IMG/VR virus record: IMGVR_UViG_3300045988_154391
Strand: one strand, 5' to 3'
DNA: 64,000 bases
Source of the DNA: a virus
Lineage: Duplodnaviria; Heunggongvirae; Uroviricota; Caudoviricetes
Shown: piece by piece, positions 1 to 10,327 of the stretch
Position numbering within the stretch: the first letter of the stretch is position 1
Layout: the number at the start of each line of letters is the position of its first letter
Made by a program: the position numbers and the translations under genes
Notes under the pieces: model-generated
Database searches by the model: none
Told to the model about the DNA's origin: nothing
Seen by the model: only the letters and a program-made list of their open reading frames with translations

Positions 1-689
1 TTCAGGCTGAAATTGATAAATGGACTTTAATGGCGCGGGAACTGGAACAGTACCCAGACCTCAATATCCCAAAGACTATTTTATATCCAGTGCCTAACAT
101 CCTTCGCGGTGTGCGCAAGGTTACAACTTATCAGACAGAAGCTGTGAACAGCGTCAACATGACCGCTGGCCGCATTATTCATCTGATTGATAAGGACATT
201 CGCATCCAAAAAAGCGCGGGGATCAATGAGCACAGTGCGAAATACATAGAGAACCTGGAAGCAACAAAAGAGCTAATGAGGCAGTACCCGGAGGATGAAA
301 AATTCCGTATGCGCGTACACGGCTTTAGCGAAACAATGCTGCGCGTCCACTACATTTCCAGTAGCCCTAACTACAATGATGGTAAATCAGTTAGTTACCA
401 TGTGCCACTGTGTGGCGTGTTTATCTGCGATGAAACTCTCCGTGATGGAATTATCATCAACGGTGAATTCGAAAAAGCAAAATTTAGCCTTTATGACTCC
501 ATAGAACCGATCATCTGCGACCGCTGGCCGCAAGCAAAAATATATCGCCTGGCAGATATTGAAAATGTAAAAAAACAAATTGCCATCACTCGCGAAGAGA
601 AAAAGGTTAAGTCAGCCGCATCAGTTACGCGCAGCCGTAAAACCAAGAAGGGGCAGCCAGTAAACGACAACCCCGAAAGCGCGCAATAA
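1..689 (+). CDS. 3' portion of an immunity repressor gene, possibly a P1 c1 homologue; 5' end lies outside the window
   Basis: Frame of ORF 30..689 stays open to position 3; converges on pacB as c1 does in P1; C1-operator-like 17-mers occur throughout the window. Identity is by synteny only. Confidence 0.45.
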   Translation, partial: QAEIDKWTLMARELEQYPDLNIPKTILYPVPNILRGVRKVTTYQTEAVNSVNMTAGRIIHLIDKDIRIQKSAGINEHSAKYIENLEATKELMRQYPEDEKFRMRVHGFSETMLRVHYISSSPNYNDGKSVSYHVPLCGVFICDETLRDGIIINGEFEKAKFSLYDSIEPIICDRWPQAKIYRLADIENVKKQIAITREEKKVKSAASVTRSRKTKKGQPVNDNPESAQ

Positions 690-694
690 ATTAT

Positions 695-712
695 GCCCGG
701 CATCAACCGGGC
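695..712. terminator. GC hairpin (GCCCGG-N6-CCGGGC) between two convergent genes; possible bidirectional terminator
   Basis: Perfect 6-bp stem read directly, 5 nt after the stop at 687-689 and 10 nt before the minus-strand stop at 722-724. Confidence 0.35.
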
Positions 713-721
713 ATTCTTCCA

Positions 722-1837
722 TTATTCAGCTGCCACCGGTTTTAACAAGCCAGCATCGAGCAGTTTACGCGTCAACCACTGCTGGCCTTTACCCGTTAAT
801 TGAGGCGTCAACCGTATCTGGTAGCCATCTTCATCATCCAGCACCACTTCTTTCACCGTGAAATACCCCGCGTTGATGTACTGCTGGAACGGCACATTTT
901 TACGTCCACCGGACGCTATCAGGATGCCGTTCTCCCGTAACCAGACAAACAGCGCGTTTTGCTTAAGTCCAACAACCTTTGCAAAATTCCCAATCAGGAT
1001 CCCTTTAGCTACTGATACCCGGTCGGCAAAATCGACTTTAGGAGCGGCGGCCACCAGCTGCTGATTTAGCTGGTGGGCTTTCTGTTCCAGAAGCTGCTTT
1101 TGTTCAGCCAGTTCGGCAGCCAGGCGCAGAGCTTCTGGAAGCGTCTGGGGGATTGCAACCGGTTGCTGTTCTTTTTGCCGGAAGTAGCTGTCTTCCAGTT
1201 TTTCAAAGAATGCCCATGCCTGATCGGTTTCGAGCATTTTAGCGTGGCGGGCTGCGCCGCGTTCCGTCCAGAGGATGAGTGAGCGGGCTTTAGGAGAGAT
1301 AGGATTTTGTGAGTTACTTAAAGTCACCCGCAAATTGTTCAAATCATCTCCAATAACTTTATAGAAATGCTTGCCTTCACAAAAACGTTCAGCATTACGG
1401 GAAAAGTTCTTCTTGATGTTATCCGCATCTGTCCCATACCCCTTAGCAAGGATCTTAGTTGTCACTACACGCACTCCCTGCCACTCTAGAACGGGAATTT
1501 CATCCGGCTGACTTTGAACAACCACCAGTTCTGATTCCTGAACTAAAGGTGTATTAATTTTTTCAGATTTAACGTTAGTAGCTTTCATTCTGTGTGCCTC
1601 CTTGCGTGTTTCGGCTGCGACGGTTGCGTAATTCAGATGCCCCTGTTCGAGCAGGTATTCACGGATATCAGACAGCAGGATACGGTGAACAGCGTTCTTG
1701 TCCTTTCTCCGGTAAAGTTGTTTGGTGATCATGAAGTAGTTGGCAATAACGCCTGGTATATCCCTGGTACTGATACAGGCAGTGTGCTGTTCAATTGCCT
1801 CGATCATCTCTTCACGGGTGACTAATGACGTTCTCAT
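722..1837 (-). CDS. ant: Antirepressor (Ant1-like): shared N-terminal region, central ORF6N/Bro-like segment, C-terminal KilAC/ANT domain
   Basis: 371 aa; C-terminal about 130 aa nearly identical to ORFs 51524..52570 and 50560..51360; start codon overlaps the stop of the upstream 73-aa gene (ATGA). Confidence 0.7.
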   Translation of the reverse strand: MRTSLVTREEMIEAIEQHTACISTRDIPGVIANYFMITKQLYRRKDKNAVHRILLSDIREYLLEQGHLNYATVAAETRKEAHRMKATNVKSEKINTPLVQESELVVVQSQPDEIPVLEWQGVRVVTTKILAKGYGTDADNIKKNFSRNAERFCEGKHFYKVIGDDLNNLRVTLSNSQNPISPKARSLILWTERGAARHAKMLETDQAWAFFEKLEDSYFRQKEQQPVAIPQTLPEALRLAAELAEQKQLLEQKAHQLNQQLVAAAPKVDFADRVSVAKGILIGNFAKVVGLKQNALFVWLRENGILIASGGRKNVPFQQYINAGYFTVKEVVLDDEDGYQIRLTPQLTGKGQQWLTRKLLDAGLLKPVAAE

Positions 1838-2055
1838 AGTCCCTCCTGAGCAGAAGCGTTAACAGGGAGGCACCAGTAACTGAGAGAATTGCGTGAATCA
1901 GTGGAAAAACGGGCAGAGAAAATACATGGGGCGTCAGGAAGCTGAGAGCGGGCCTCATCTTCTGTCGGTGCAATAACGAAGTGATAGTGACGTTTTTGGC
2001 AGGAGTAAAAGCGCCAGATAAATTCAGGATGAGTTGGGGTAGGGATAGTAGCCAT
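1834..2055 (-). CDS. icd: Icd-like small protein (73 aa), paralogue of ORF 52567..52788
   Basis: ORF 1834..2397 trimmed to the Met that aligns with the 73-aa paralogue (shared FIWRFYSC..HYHFVIA.TEDEARSQLPD); translationally coupled to ant as icd/ant are in P1. Confidence 0.5.
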   Translation of the reverse strand: MATIPTPTHPEFIWRFYSCQKRHYHFVIAPTEDEARSQLPDAPCIFSARFSTDSRNSLSYWCLPVNASAQEGL

Positions 2056-2213
2056 ATTGGCAGCCTCCTTAGACGTTGGTATGTAACCACCGCAGAAGAG
2101 ACCAATCTTGCTGGCGGTGGACTGTACGGAGTTGGCCTTACTGGCGTCCAAGGTAACCAGCCTACCCGAAGGTAGCCCCATACAGCCCACCATTGTAGAG
2201 GTGTGCGTGTACG

Positions 2214-2241
2214 CCGATACAAAAAAAGACGCGAGCGGCGT
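2214..2241 (-). terminator. Hairpin (GACGC-N5-GCGTC) followed by a T7 run on the minus strand, inside the leader upstream of the icd-like gene
   Basis: Read directly; lies between the operator-like site at 2374 and the icd-like start at 2055; could mark the 3' end of a short leader or antisense RNA. Confidence 0.3.
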
Positions 2242-2373
2242 CTGTATCGCCTTAGACTTAAGCGGGAGGCCAATCCCGGCACCCGTTTTAATGAGGTGCC
2301 TGATAAGCATAAACCGAAAATGCCTCAAGGCGCAAGAGGTCAGGTTCAATGTAACATCGGCAGTTAAAAAACA

Positions 2374-2390
2374 CAATTTATTAGAGCAAA
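2374..2390. promoter_or_regulatory. C1-operator-like 17-mer (15/17 to ATTGCTCTAATAAATTT, reverse orientation)
   Basis: caATTTATTAGAGCAAa read directly; immediately 3' of pacB and upstream of the icd/ant-like module. Confidence 0.45.
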
Positions 2391-2393
2391 TAT

Positions 2394-3878
2394 TCATTCA
2401 TTAAGCCATGCCAGAGCTTCATCAACCTGCGCTTCGTCTTCGACGCTAAGCACTTCATCCTGGGGAACATAATCCGCCAGCATAGCGAAACAATATGTAT
2501 CCCAATGGTCTGGTGAGTGCAGGTTGAGTTTTTTCTTCATATCCTCCTTACTCATCACCTTCCATTGACCTGCGGAGTTAATCCCTACAGGGATTTTCGA
2601 CGCTTCCTCAATAGTTTCATTACCCTTATCCAGTCTCATACGACCAGATTTTACGGCCTCTGCGGCTTGAACGTTGGCATAAGCACGTTTATCAAAGTAC
2701 AGGCTCTTATCTTCACGGCTATGCATCTTTTTACCCCAGCGTATACGCTGTACGGTAATACCATAATACTCGTACATCAGATCCGCCGTTGCTTTACCCA
2801 GCCCATCACCGTCTATCGCTATGGTGATATTTGGAAATCGCTCAGGATTACATTCTGCGAAAATTTTGGCGGCAAGCTGCGTTTCTGTAACGTCTGTGTA
2901 TTCCAGCATTCGATAGTTGATTACACGGCGTTTATTTCTCTGGCCGGACACCATCATGATATTGATAACGGACTTATCCCGTCCCGTACCACCAGCAACG
3001 TCCACACATGCAAGCCAGCCCCATCCTTTGGCAATCTTGACTTTCCGCCGCGTCGCACGTTCAACCTCATCACGTCCAAGAAGGAAGCCATCCTGTGATT
3101 TAGGGAATAGTCCGCGTACCTTAATCATGTACATAGGGTTATCACGCCCGCCGTACTCCGCCAGCTTCATTTTGATAAATGCTGGCGTTACCAGCGGTGA
3201 TTCCTCACTGTTAAGCGTGATCGCCGTATAAACGCCATCAGGGTTACCAGGACGCTTGGCCAGTTTATGGTGAGTATCGTAGAAATAGCCGCTTGGGCGT
3301 GTAGGCTGTGACAGTAATAAGATGCGGTTATCCTGTCCGGTAAGAGCACCGGTGATGATACCGAAAGCTCTATCACTGACACCGGAGGCTTCATCGATAA
3401 TATACAGAAGATGATCTGCGTGTTCACCGGCGAGAGCTTCTTCACTTCCCAGACGAAAGCCCTTCGGTACTACAGTCCATACACCTTTACCAGTAACCTC
3501 ATAGAAAGCGGTTTCTGTCAGAACAAAATAATCAGCAAGCCATGGAAAACGGCTGGTGGCAGTAGCCCAGTTTATCTTGATGTACTTGAATATACCGGTC
3601 ATTACCTGCTGAATTTTGTTCGCAACGATAATGGCGCGGGCACCGGGATACATGATTATGAACAACATGATCATGATAGAAGTCATGTCTGATTTCCCGG
3701 TACCGTGACCAGACGAAACAGATGTCTTGCTACCCTGTTCCTGCACAGACTCAATAATCAGATCCTGCTGCCAGGTAGGTGTTTTGCCGAACAAAACATC
3801 AGCGGCAGCAATCCAGTCATAACGATATAGCGCCACCAGCTCGCGCCAACGTGGATCCGTTACGCAACTTCTGGCCAT
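2394..3878 (-). CDS. pacB: Terminase large subunit (PacB-like)
   Basis: 494 aa; Walker A-like SGHGTGKS; sits directly after pacA with a 1-nt overlap; size matches what I recall for P1 PacB. Confidence 0.75.
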   Translation of the reverse strand: MARSCVTDPRWRELVALYRYDWIAAADVLFGKTPTWQQDLIIESVQEQGSKTSVSSGHGTGKSDMTSIMIMLFIIMYPGARAIIVANKIQQVMTGIFKYIKINWATATSRFPWLADYFVLTETAFYEVTGKGVWTVVPKGFRLGSEEALAGEHADHLLYIIDEASGVSDRAFGIITGALTGQDNRILLLSQPTRPSGYFYDTHHKLAKRPGNPDGVYTAITLNSEESPLVTPAFIKMKLAEYGGRDNPMYMIKVRGLFPKSQDGFLLGRDEVERATRRKVKIAKGWGWLACVDVAGGTGRDKSVINIMMVSGQRNKRRVINYRMLEYTDVTETQLAAKIFAECNPERFPNITIAIDGDGLGKATADLMYEYYGITVQRIRWGKKMHSREDKSLYFDKRAYANVQAAEAVKSGRMRLDKGNETIEEASKIPVGINSAGQWKVMSKEDMKKKLNLHSPDHWDTYCFAMLADYVPQDEVLSVEDEAQVDEALAWLNE

Positions 3879-5071
3879 TAATCATCATCCCCGTATAGCT
3901 TGCGGGTAACTTCTTCGTCTTCCTCCTCGTCTTCGTCCAGGTCTTGTTCCAGCCATGGGTCGTTTGATACACCTTCAGTATCAACATCTCCATAACCGCC
4001 TGTATCAACGATATCGGCGATTTCTTCCCTACGCTGCTCAATCCACAATGCGGCATCGGCGCGGCGGTTGGCGGCCCGTTCTCGCGCAACTTTGTCCAGA
4101 TCTTCAAGAGAAGGGCCACCGACGGCTGTTTGCCTTTCCTCATCATCGGTATTGGTCTTAGGAGCACGCAGATCGGCTTTGATTTGCTCCAGCATCAGGG
4201 GCGGCACTTTTCCGCCATGCGCCTCGATGAATTCAGCTGCTTCCAGCACTGACCAGTTATTTTCACGCTTTCGTTCGTATGCCAGCTTAACAATGCCAGC
4301 TTGCCCCATAGATAAAGCGTGCTTTTCCGCCTCCCGGCTTTCTTTTCGATAGTTATTCCGAATGCTGTAAATGGTGTTGATCAGGCTGCTTATCTGCGCG
4401 GAACAGCTGTTTAGCATGCTCGCGATACGATATTCAGGCGGAGTCCCTTCATCATCGTCTTTTTGCTGATCGCGCATTTCCTGCACCAGACGAATACACG
4501 TATCCCTGGCGTTCTCCAGCATAAGGAGATGAGAAAGAGACTTTTCCAGAAGAGTGGTTTCCAGAACATCGGCCCCGGACCGACGCAACATAGCGCGCGC
4601 GGCCTTCCGCGCTTCAACGTTATCTATCAGGTAATCGCCAGCTTCGAATTCAAAGCGTTCACCATCATCATCCAGGGTGTCGCGTTCCAGGCGATCACGT
4701 AAGGTCCGGTGGGCGCGGGTGATCACGTCATGATCATCAGAACGATCATTTATGCGCTTATTTTGGCGCTTCGCATTCTCGACTGCGGCACTGACAACGG
4801 CATTAACCCTTTGTTTTTCCGCTATTTCAGCCGCAATGTGATCACCTGCATGTTGATCATTAGAGTGATCAATGATCATGCTTTTTAGTGGCTTCCTGAC
4901 TGGCTTATTTGGCTTGCGGCTGTCCGCTGTCCTGGTGTCTTCTTTGAAGGCACGGAGATAACGACGTGCAGTATTAGGGTTAAGATTAAACTCGGCGGCA
5001 TACTGTGCGATGGTGTAACCACCATCTCGCGCCAGGCGAGCAAAATTCTTCTTGTGATCGTCCCAGGTCAC
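3878..5071 (-). CDS. pacA: Terminase small / pac-recognition subunit (PacA-like)
   Basis: 397 aa; N-terminal HTH-like segment; acidic C-terminus; contains the GATC-hexamer pac site. Confidence 0.7.
   Translation of the reverse strand: MTWDDHKKNFARLARDGGYTIAQYAAEFNLNPNTARRYLRAFKEDTRTADSRKPNKPVRKPLKSMIIDHSNDQHAGDHIAAEIAEKQRVNAVVSAAVENAKRQNKRINDRSDDHDVITRAHRTLRDRLERDTLDDDGERFEFEAGDYLIDNVEARKAARAMLRRSGADVLETTLLEKSLSHLLMLENARDTCIRLVQEMRDQQKDDDEGTPPEYRIASMLNSCSAQISSLINTIYSIRNNYRKESREAEKHALSMGQAGIVKLAYERKRENNWSVLEAAEFIEAHGGKVPPLMLEQIKADLRAPKTNTDDEERQTAVGGPSLEDLDKVARERAANRRADAALWIEQRREEIADIVDTGGYGDVDTEGVSNDPWLEQDLDEDEEEDEEVTRKLYGDDD
4690..4880. other. pac packaging site: two clusters of four GATC-containing hexamers about 95 bp apart
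   Basis: GATC at 4693, 4721, 4732, 4744 and at 4840, 4855, 4867, 4874, mostly as TGATCA/C/T; matches the Dam-regulated P1 pac architecture inside pacA. Confidence 0.6.
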
Positions 5072-5156
5072 TTATGCTTCCTTTCGTAAAAACTCTTTTT
5101 GACGCGAGGGTAACGAAAGTCACATGTCAAAAGGCCCGGAACGGGCAAGCAATCAA

Positions 5157-5609
5157 TCAGATACGTGCGGATGTGGCATTACCGTAATGACGGTGCTGAC
5201 GGGCCACCTTATTGAAAAGTTGACGCGCCATTACCCAAGGCTGGTGCTCCCGGCGTTCCTTTTCGTCCTGCGTCATATAGAGTTCGTTCTGGAGTTTTTC
5301 ATCAAACCGGCGCGGAGCGCGGCTACGGCGAAAGAATTCAGGATTCAGAGAGTGGATCTGAAATCTACGTGGGCGTGTACTGTCATCAATCAAAACAGAC
5401 GAATACTTAGACACAGCGATAGCCTTTAAGCGCAGATAAACATCGCGCTTATCGACATCCAGATGCGGGTATTCCTTTTCAAGAATTGCTGCGAGTTCTT
5501 TCGCTGATAGAAGAGATTTAGTGCGGATCATGTAATCCGCAATCTCGTACGATGTTATTCGTGAGTGATTTATTTCCATGAAGTGGCGTCCCTGCCAGTT
5601 AAGTAACAT
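5157..5609 (-). CDS. Hypothetical protein in the position of P1 lpa (late promoter activator)
   Basis: 150-aa ORF directly upstream of pacA with an operator-like site just upstream; call is from synteny only. Confidence 0.35.
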   Translation of the reverse strand: MLLNWQGRHFMEINHSRITSYEIADYMIRTKSLLSAKELAAILEKEYPHLDVDKRDVYLRLKAIAVSKYSSVLIDDSTRPRRFQIHSLNPEFFRRSRAPRRFDEKLQNELYMTQDEKERREHQPWVMARQLFNKVARQHRHYGNATSARI

Positions 5610-5679
5610 CCTGTCACCTACTGATTAGCCCATGTCAACTAATCAACGTGGAATATAATACCCTCGATTAAAGAAATGG

Positions 5680-5696
5680 CAATACATTAGAGCAAT
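5680..5696. promoter_or_regulatory. C1-operator-like 17-mer (14/17)
   Basis: caatacATTAGAGCAAT between ORF 5698..6741 and the lpa-like ORF. Confidence 0.35.
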
Positions 5697-5697
5697 T

Positions 5698-6741
5698 TTA
5701 TCTAACGCTCGACGAGTGACTTGTGATAGCGCCGACTCCAAGCGCGTAATCAAAGAACAATCGTTGATGCATCGCCAGCCTACCGTGCGTCTTCTCCCAA
5801 TTATCGCGGTCACGCTCAATATCACGCTGGCATGACTGGCACAGAGGAATTGCGTAAATGTCATGCGCGCATAATCGACTATGACGAACGATATAAGGCG
5901 TAATGTGAGCGCCAGCTCCCGCCGCTCCACACCCACAGCATGGACGGGAAGCAACAAAGTCCATGTACTCAGGTAATTTTAGCGATTGCAGTTTTGGTAT
6001 TTTGAAATGCGCCATGCCAGGGTCGGAGTCAACATCCACAGGGCATACTTTTGCACGCATCGGCGCGGCGCGTTCTTCCATCATCTGAACATATGCTGTA
6101 GCGCGATCGTCATACGGGCGAATATCCGCCTCTTTCAGAGGTCCGCTATCCTGCGTTGCGGCTTTCATCTTATTTATTGATATACGGCAAACTTCTTCCG
6201 GCATCAGGTGCATCATGTTGCGCATGAAAGCCCACCAGCACAGTTCCTGAATACTTAAATCATGGCCATCTGAAAGCCCCATTTCCTGACGGGCGACATC
6301 CAGTATCCAGTTAACGCGATTATTATGCAGCGTTTCTTTCAGCTCATTAAAACCACGCATCCGGTAATGGTTATCGTGATGCCAGCACAACAACACCGCG
6401 CTATTGTCTCGTTCTGCGTGGACAATATGGTTGTCACACCAGCTACGATCTGCGGCCTGGCATTGCCCCTCTTTCCTGCGCAACCACGCCACCAGCGCGT
6501 CAATTCCACCAATACGGCGAAACAGTTCATCGCTGTTAAAAAACGGCTGCAACGCCTCATTTGTTGCCATGGTTTGCTCGGTAACAACGAGGCCGTCTTC
6601 CATGTGCTCGATTAACTCACGCGGCACCGGCTCCATAATAAATTTACGGCCAGCCTCCACCAGCTTTCTGACCTCCTGATCCACTTTGAACGTGGCGAGG
6701 CCAAGCTCTTTCTGTACAAAGGGAGTAATTACGGCTTTCAC
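5698..6741 (-). CDS. Hypothetical protein with a C-terminal Cys/His-rich cluster (zinc-ribbon or HNH-like); post-doc position
   Basis: 347 aa; motif CCGCG...H..H..C.H......C..C near the C-terminus; sits where pdcB does in P1. Confidence 0.45.
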   Translation of the reverse strand: MKAVITPFVQKELGLATFKVDQEVRKLVEAGRKFIMEPVPRELIEHMEDGLVVTEQTMATNEALQPFFNSDELFRRIGGIDALVAWLRRKEGQCQAADRSWCDNHIVHAERDNSAVLLCWHHDNHYRMRGFNELKETLHNNRVNWILDVARQEMGLSDGHDLSIQELCWWAFMRNMMHLMPEEVCRISINKMKAATQDSGPLKEADIRPYDDRATAYVQMMEERAAPMRAKVCPVDVDSDPGMAHFKIPKLQSLKLPEYMDFVASRPCCGCGAAGAGAHITPYIVRHSRLCAHDIYAIPLCQSCQRDIERDRDNWEKTHGRLAMHQRLFFDYALGVGAITSHSSSVR

Positions 6742-6768
6742 ATCACACCTTTAATCACTGATTGGGCT

Positions 6769-6948
6769 TTATCTGCTGCCCGGCATTCTCTGTTTAAGCA
6801 CAACCATTTCCTGACGGCATAACACAGCAATAGCTGTCCTGGCACCAATTTGCTTACCAACCAGGTATTGCTTTACCTCGCGGCGACTCACGCCATCAAG
6901 AAGCATCTTTAACGCTTCACGGGACAATTTGTTGTATTTACGTGCCAT
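6769..6948 (-). CDS. Small basic protein, possibly helix-turn-helix; post-doc position
   Basis: ORF 6769..6969 trimmed to the MARKYNK start so it no longer overlaps doc. Confidence 0.35.
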   Translation of the reverse strand: MARKYNKLSREALKMLLDGVSRREVKQYLVGKQIGARTAIAVLCRQEMVVLKQRMPGSR

Positions 6949-6952
6949 TAAT

Positions 6953-7333
6953 CTACTCCGCGGAACCATACAATCTACGTAACGTGTCGGCGACAGAAGA
7001 TACAGATATCTCTCCGGTCGCAGCCCCTACGGTAAGGTCTGCCAGTTCAGGTGAATCAAATACCTGCACCCCGTTACGGCGTAGAAATAGCAGCGCACTG
7101 TTTAGCGCGGTACGCTTATTGGCATCATTGAATATATGCCCTCTCGCTGTAGCCACCAGGTAGGTGGCGGAGACTTCGAAAAGGTCGGTGATCTCTTCGT
7201 AGGCAACTCTGGCCTGAACTCTCCCGATAATGGCCTCTGCCCTACCCGGATCAGACATTCCCGGCAGGCCGCCGTAGCGGCTTATATTCGCATCATGAAG
7301 CGCAATAAGTTCTTCCGGTGATATATGCCTCAT
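6953..7333 (-). CDS. doc: Doc toxin (Fic/Doc family)
   Basis: 126 aa; matches my recollection of P1 Doc in length and sequence; directly downstream of phd with a 1-nt overlap. Confidence 0.9.
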
Positions 7334-7554
7334 TATCGGTTAACCAGTTCCTTGTTGGTGGAGTCCAGGGTGTCAAACAGGGATGCAAATTCAGCATCCA
7401 GCGCCGCTTTTTTGTAGGCTTCGAAAGTAGCCTTGCTGACAATTACTGCTGGCTCACGGCCTCTGCGGGTGATTTCAACCTCTTCCCCGGCTTCAACATT
7501 GTTGAGCACTTCAGAAAGGTTGCCACGCGCGGTACGGAAGTTAATGGATTGCAT
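7333..7554 (-). CDS. phd: Phd antitoxin
   Basis: 73 aa from the MQSINFR start; the track's longer ORF begins at an upstream GTG. Confidence 0.9.
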
Positions 7555-7626
7555 AAACACCTCGTGTACTCGTTATGTGTACACAATTATAAACTTCACA
7601 GGCATAAAGCACCAGCACTTTGCAGC
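7555..7626. promoter_or_regulatory. Putative phd-doc promoter/operator with GTGTAC palindromes
   Basis: gtgtac at 7564-7569 and tgtgtacaca at 7577-7586, immediately upstream of the phd start. Confidence 0.4.
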
Positions 7627-8016
7627 TTAAATAACCGGACAATCATCAAATTCCCCACTTCGGGCATCATTGATGACATGAGTGATCACACCAAAAACAG
7701 CATTACTGCCCGTGTATCCATCGTCATCTACTGGTAACGCCTCTTTCTTCCCGGTGCTTAAATCCTCCAGGTGCTGGCGCGGATACTTCCTGTATCTCTT
7801 TATGCGATATTCACCCTCCATAGCGCACACAAGCAGAGAACCATCAACCGGAGTAAGCGAGGAATCAACCACCAGCAAAGCACCCTGCAATATTCCCTCA
7901 CGGTGATGGCTATCAGCTGCCCGCATGAAGTAGGTCGCTGAAGGATGTCTAATTATCTGCTGATCAAGAGAAATTCGGCTTTCAACATAATCCGCCGCAG
8001 GAGAAGGGAAGCCCAT
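7627..8016 (-). CDS. humD: UmuD-like S24 peptidase (HumD)
   Basis: 129 aa; UmuD'-like sequence; LexA box immediately upstream. Confidence 0.75.
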   Translation of the reverse strand: MGFPSPAADYVESRISLDQQIIRHPSATYFMRAADSHHREGILQGALLVVDSSLTPVDGSLLVCAMEGEYRIKRYRKYPRQHLEDLSTGKKEALPVDDDGYTGSNAVFGVITHVINDARSGEFDDCPVI

Positions 8017-8034
8017 AGCGTTTTACCTCAATGA

Positions 8035-8054
8035 TACTGTTTATTCATACAGTA
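8035..8054. promoter_or_regulatory. LexA (SOS) box TACTGT-N8-ACAGTA
   Basis: Perfect CTGT-N8-ACAG read directly, 19 nt upstream of the humD start. Confidence 0.65.
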
Positions 8055-8139
8055 TACATTGAAAAGGCATAGTTTGTGAAAGCGGGGTTTGTAGGCGCGC
8101 CACGCTGGGGGCTAATCACATTTCTCCCCCATCTTGCCG

Positions 8140-8391
8140 TTATTTTTTTGGTGCATCCTCGTTCTGATACACCGGATCGCTCCCTTTTGGCAACTGGAGG
8201 CTTAACTGCCGATAGTGCCGTAACCGTTCCATGAAATAGGTGCGCAGGTTTTCCGGTTGCTCACGGGCCACCTGCTCTGCAATCACAGGTATATTCAGCC
8301 GTTCTTTGTAAGCAACGCCGCTGGCGGCAAGGTCTACGTTCACCTTGTCTCGCTCTTCCTGGCTTTTAGCTGCTATATTTCGATCTGACAC
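8140..8391 (-). CDS. hot: Homologue of DNA polymerase III theta subunit (HolE-like)
   Basis: 83 aa; [21 protein letters not shown]...REQPE shared with E. coli theta as I recall it. Confidence 0.75.
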   Translation of the reverse strand: MSDRNIAAKSQEERDKVNVDLAASGVAYKERLNIPVIAEQVAREQPENLRTYFMERLRHYRQLSLQLPKGSDPVYQNEDAPKK

Positions 8392-8423
8392 AAGAAACCT
8401 CCAGGAGTTAGTGGATCAGGCAC

Positions 8424-8774
8424 ATGCACAATAACGTTCTCAATGTTAGCCGTTCAATTCAGACAATCAGAGACTGCACCAGTGTGGTGGCATCAATCCC
8501 ATTGCGGAACAGCATAGACGAACTGCAAATTCGTGTATTGAATCCGAATCAGGCTAATAAGCAATTGCGCTTTATTTTGACGCTGAAAAGTGAAACAGAG
8601 GGGATAAAGCACAGCGTAAAAGTGTTTTCTGAGGCCATTCTGCTTAATGGGAAGCTCCGGCATCTGGTAAGGCCAGAACGTCAATATCCTGACGTCCTGG
8701 CGCGTGAAAAAGACCTTCTTTCTGAAGTTCAGGATAGGGTGATCGATTTCGTCAAATGCTATCCCCTGCATTGA
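8424..8774 (+). CDS. Hypothetical protein
   Basis: 116-aa ORF; overlaps an antisense ORF (8493..8771), so coding strand is ambiguous. Confidence 0.3.
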   Translation: MHNNVLNVSRSIQTIRDCTSVVASIPLRNSIDELQIRVLNPNQANKQLRFILTLKSETEGIKHSVKVFSEAILLNGKLRHLVRPERQYPDVLAREKDLLSEVQDRVIDFVKCYPLH

Positions 8775-9043
8775 GGGCAGGTGTTCCCTTCCGCAAAGTA
8801 GGGAAAATTGCTATCAAGTTCATCACACCATCTGCGATGGTCGTAGCACCAAAACGCCTCCCACGGTGCACGGAAATACTTCATCCACCAGGACACTCGA
8901 TCAGGTATATCTGCTGGTGGCAGTTCTTCTGGCAATAATTTGCCTGATAATTCCCTTTCCGCCCGCGACAGCATTTTTTTGAGGCTCGCGTTCTCTTTTT
9001 CAAGCTCATCTACGCGCACCTGTAATTCAGCTTTCGTTGGCAT
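8759..9043 (-). CDS. Hypothetical small protein
   Basis: ORF 8759..9124 trimmed to an internal Met to limit overlap with the upstream gene. Confidence 0.3.
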   Translation of the reverse strand: MPTKAELQVRVDELEKENASLKKMLSRAERELSGKLLPEELPPADIPDRVSWWMKYFRAPWEAFWCYDHRRWCDELDSNFPYFAEGNTCPQCRG

Positions 9044-9965
9044 GGTCCACCTCATGCTTTTCAGCCACCAGCGGCAATAAAGCCCTGGCCATCTTATGAA
9101 CCAATAGTGCATCAATAATGCCAAGCGTATGCCCCGGCTTAATGTTTAATGCCGCCTCAAGGTGACACCTTTCCAGGTCACTTTTCTCGGCTTGTTTATG
9201 ATGATCTGGTGTAATAACGTCGCCCAAAACACGGCTAATTCTTTCTCGTAATTGCTGGGTGCCAGCACACTTGATCGCTGTATCGTGGAGACGGTTAACC
9301 AGTTCGCGATAAACATGCGGCTTAATGCGGATACGTTCACCGGTGACGCCCTTTCCTGGCGCTGGCACCGAACTATCCGGAATATCCGGATAGTTGCCAG
9401 CCTCGTAAGCTACCCACAGCCAGTGCATGAATGTTTCAGTGGACACACAACCACAGTCCACATCGATTTTCCCGCGTTGCTGTTCCAGCCATTGCCCAAA
9501 ATCCAACCTGTAAGTCTTACTTTCAAGTTCATCACCATTGAACTCGACTTTCTGCGACGCTATGAGAGCTGATTCGTATTGTTCGCGAGTGACAACTGAC
9601 TGGTATTCATCGCTATCAAGGCCACCAATTGGAAGCTCAATCTCACAACAAAAATTGCGCCCAAAGAAAGTGTCTTTTTTGTGGTCTGAGCCAAAAGCAA
9701 AAGTCGCGCATGGTGCCATTAAATTGACACTGGGTAGGTAACAATAACTCATTCCATCAGGCCACCCGCCGCACTTAGGCAGCTCCTTCACTAACAAGTC
9801 GATAAACTTCATTTTTTTATCATCTTTGCAAGCCGCCAAAGCCATTTGGGCAAGTGCCAATACTTCATCTGCCGTATATCCAGCACCGTGACCATACATT
9901 TCGATACGGGAAATAATCTCTGATATACGCTCTTCAGTGATTCTGGTCATTTCTTTTTGCGCCAT
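9027..9965 (-). CDS. Hypothetical protein
   Basis: 312-aa ORF in the co-directional leftward block. Confidence 0.5.
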   Translation of the reverse strand: MAQKEMTRITEERISEIISRIEMYGHGAGYTADEVLALAQMALAACKDDKKMKFIDLLVKELPKCGGWPDGMSYCYLPSVNLMAPCATFAFGSDHKKDTFFGRNFCCEIELPIGGLDSDEYQSVVTREQYESALIASQKVEFNGDELESKTYRLDFGQWLEQQRGKIDVDCGCVSTETFMHWLWVAYEAGNYPDIPDSSVPAPGKGVTGERIRIKPHVYRELVNRLHDTAIKCAGTQQLRERISRVLGDVITPDHHKQAEKSDLERCHLEAALNIKPGHTLGIIDALLVHKMARALLPLVAEKHEVDHANES

Positions 9966-10321
9966 TTCTTTTCACATTCCTTAGTCCATTTTTCAATGTT
10001 CATTTTGGCAATATCAGTCATTCCATCACCTAAGAAATACTTTTTCCGGTACGTCTTGCACTTAAACCACACTACAACAGCCACCAGCCAGAAAATAAAA
10101 GGCCATACGGCAATACCAACTCCAGCCGCGATAAAGCCCAATATCCATAAATGAAGCTCTCCAACTTCTGTTTCCGGCAATATTCTTAAAGAATTAAACA
10201 GCAGGCTGAACGAATGGTCGTATGCATTGGCAGTATAAGACATGCAATCCATATAATTAAAGTCATAGCCTGCGGCTGCCGCCCATAATGGGCGGTCAAG
10301 AAAATGTTTTAGTGTCATCAT
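9947..10321 (-). CDS. Hypothetical membrane protein
   Basis: 124 aa; hydrophobic core FIAAGVGIAVWPFIFWLVAVVVWF; lysine-rich C-terminus. Confidence 0.45.
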   Translation of the reverse strand: MMTLKHFLDRPLWAAAAGYDFNYMDCMSYTANAYDHSFSLLFNSLRILPETEVGELHLWILGFIAAGVGIAVWPFIFWLVAVVVWFKCKTYRKKYFLGDGMTDIAKMNIEKWTKECEKKWRKKK

Positions 10322-10327
10322 ATTAAT

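Noticed and set aside
2517-3231. Plus-strand ORFs 2517..3098 and 2917..3231 inside pacB
   Set aside because: Antisense to a well-supported terminase gene and low-complexity in composition; likely spurious.
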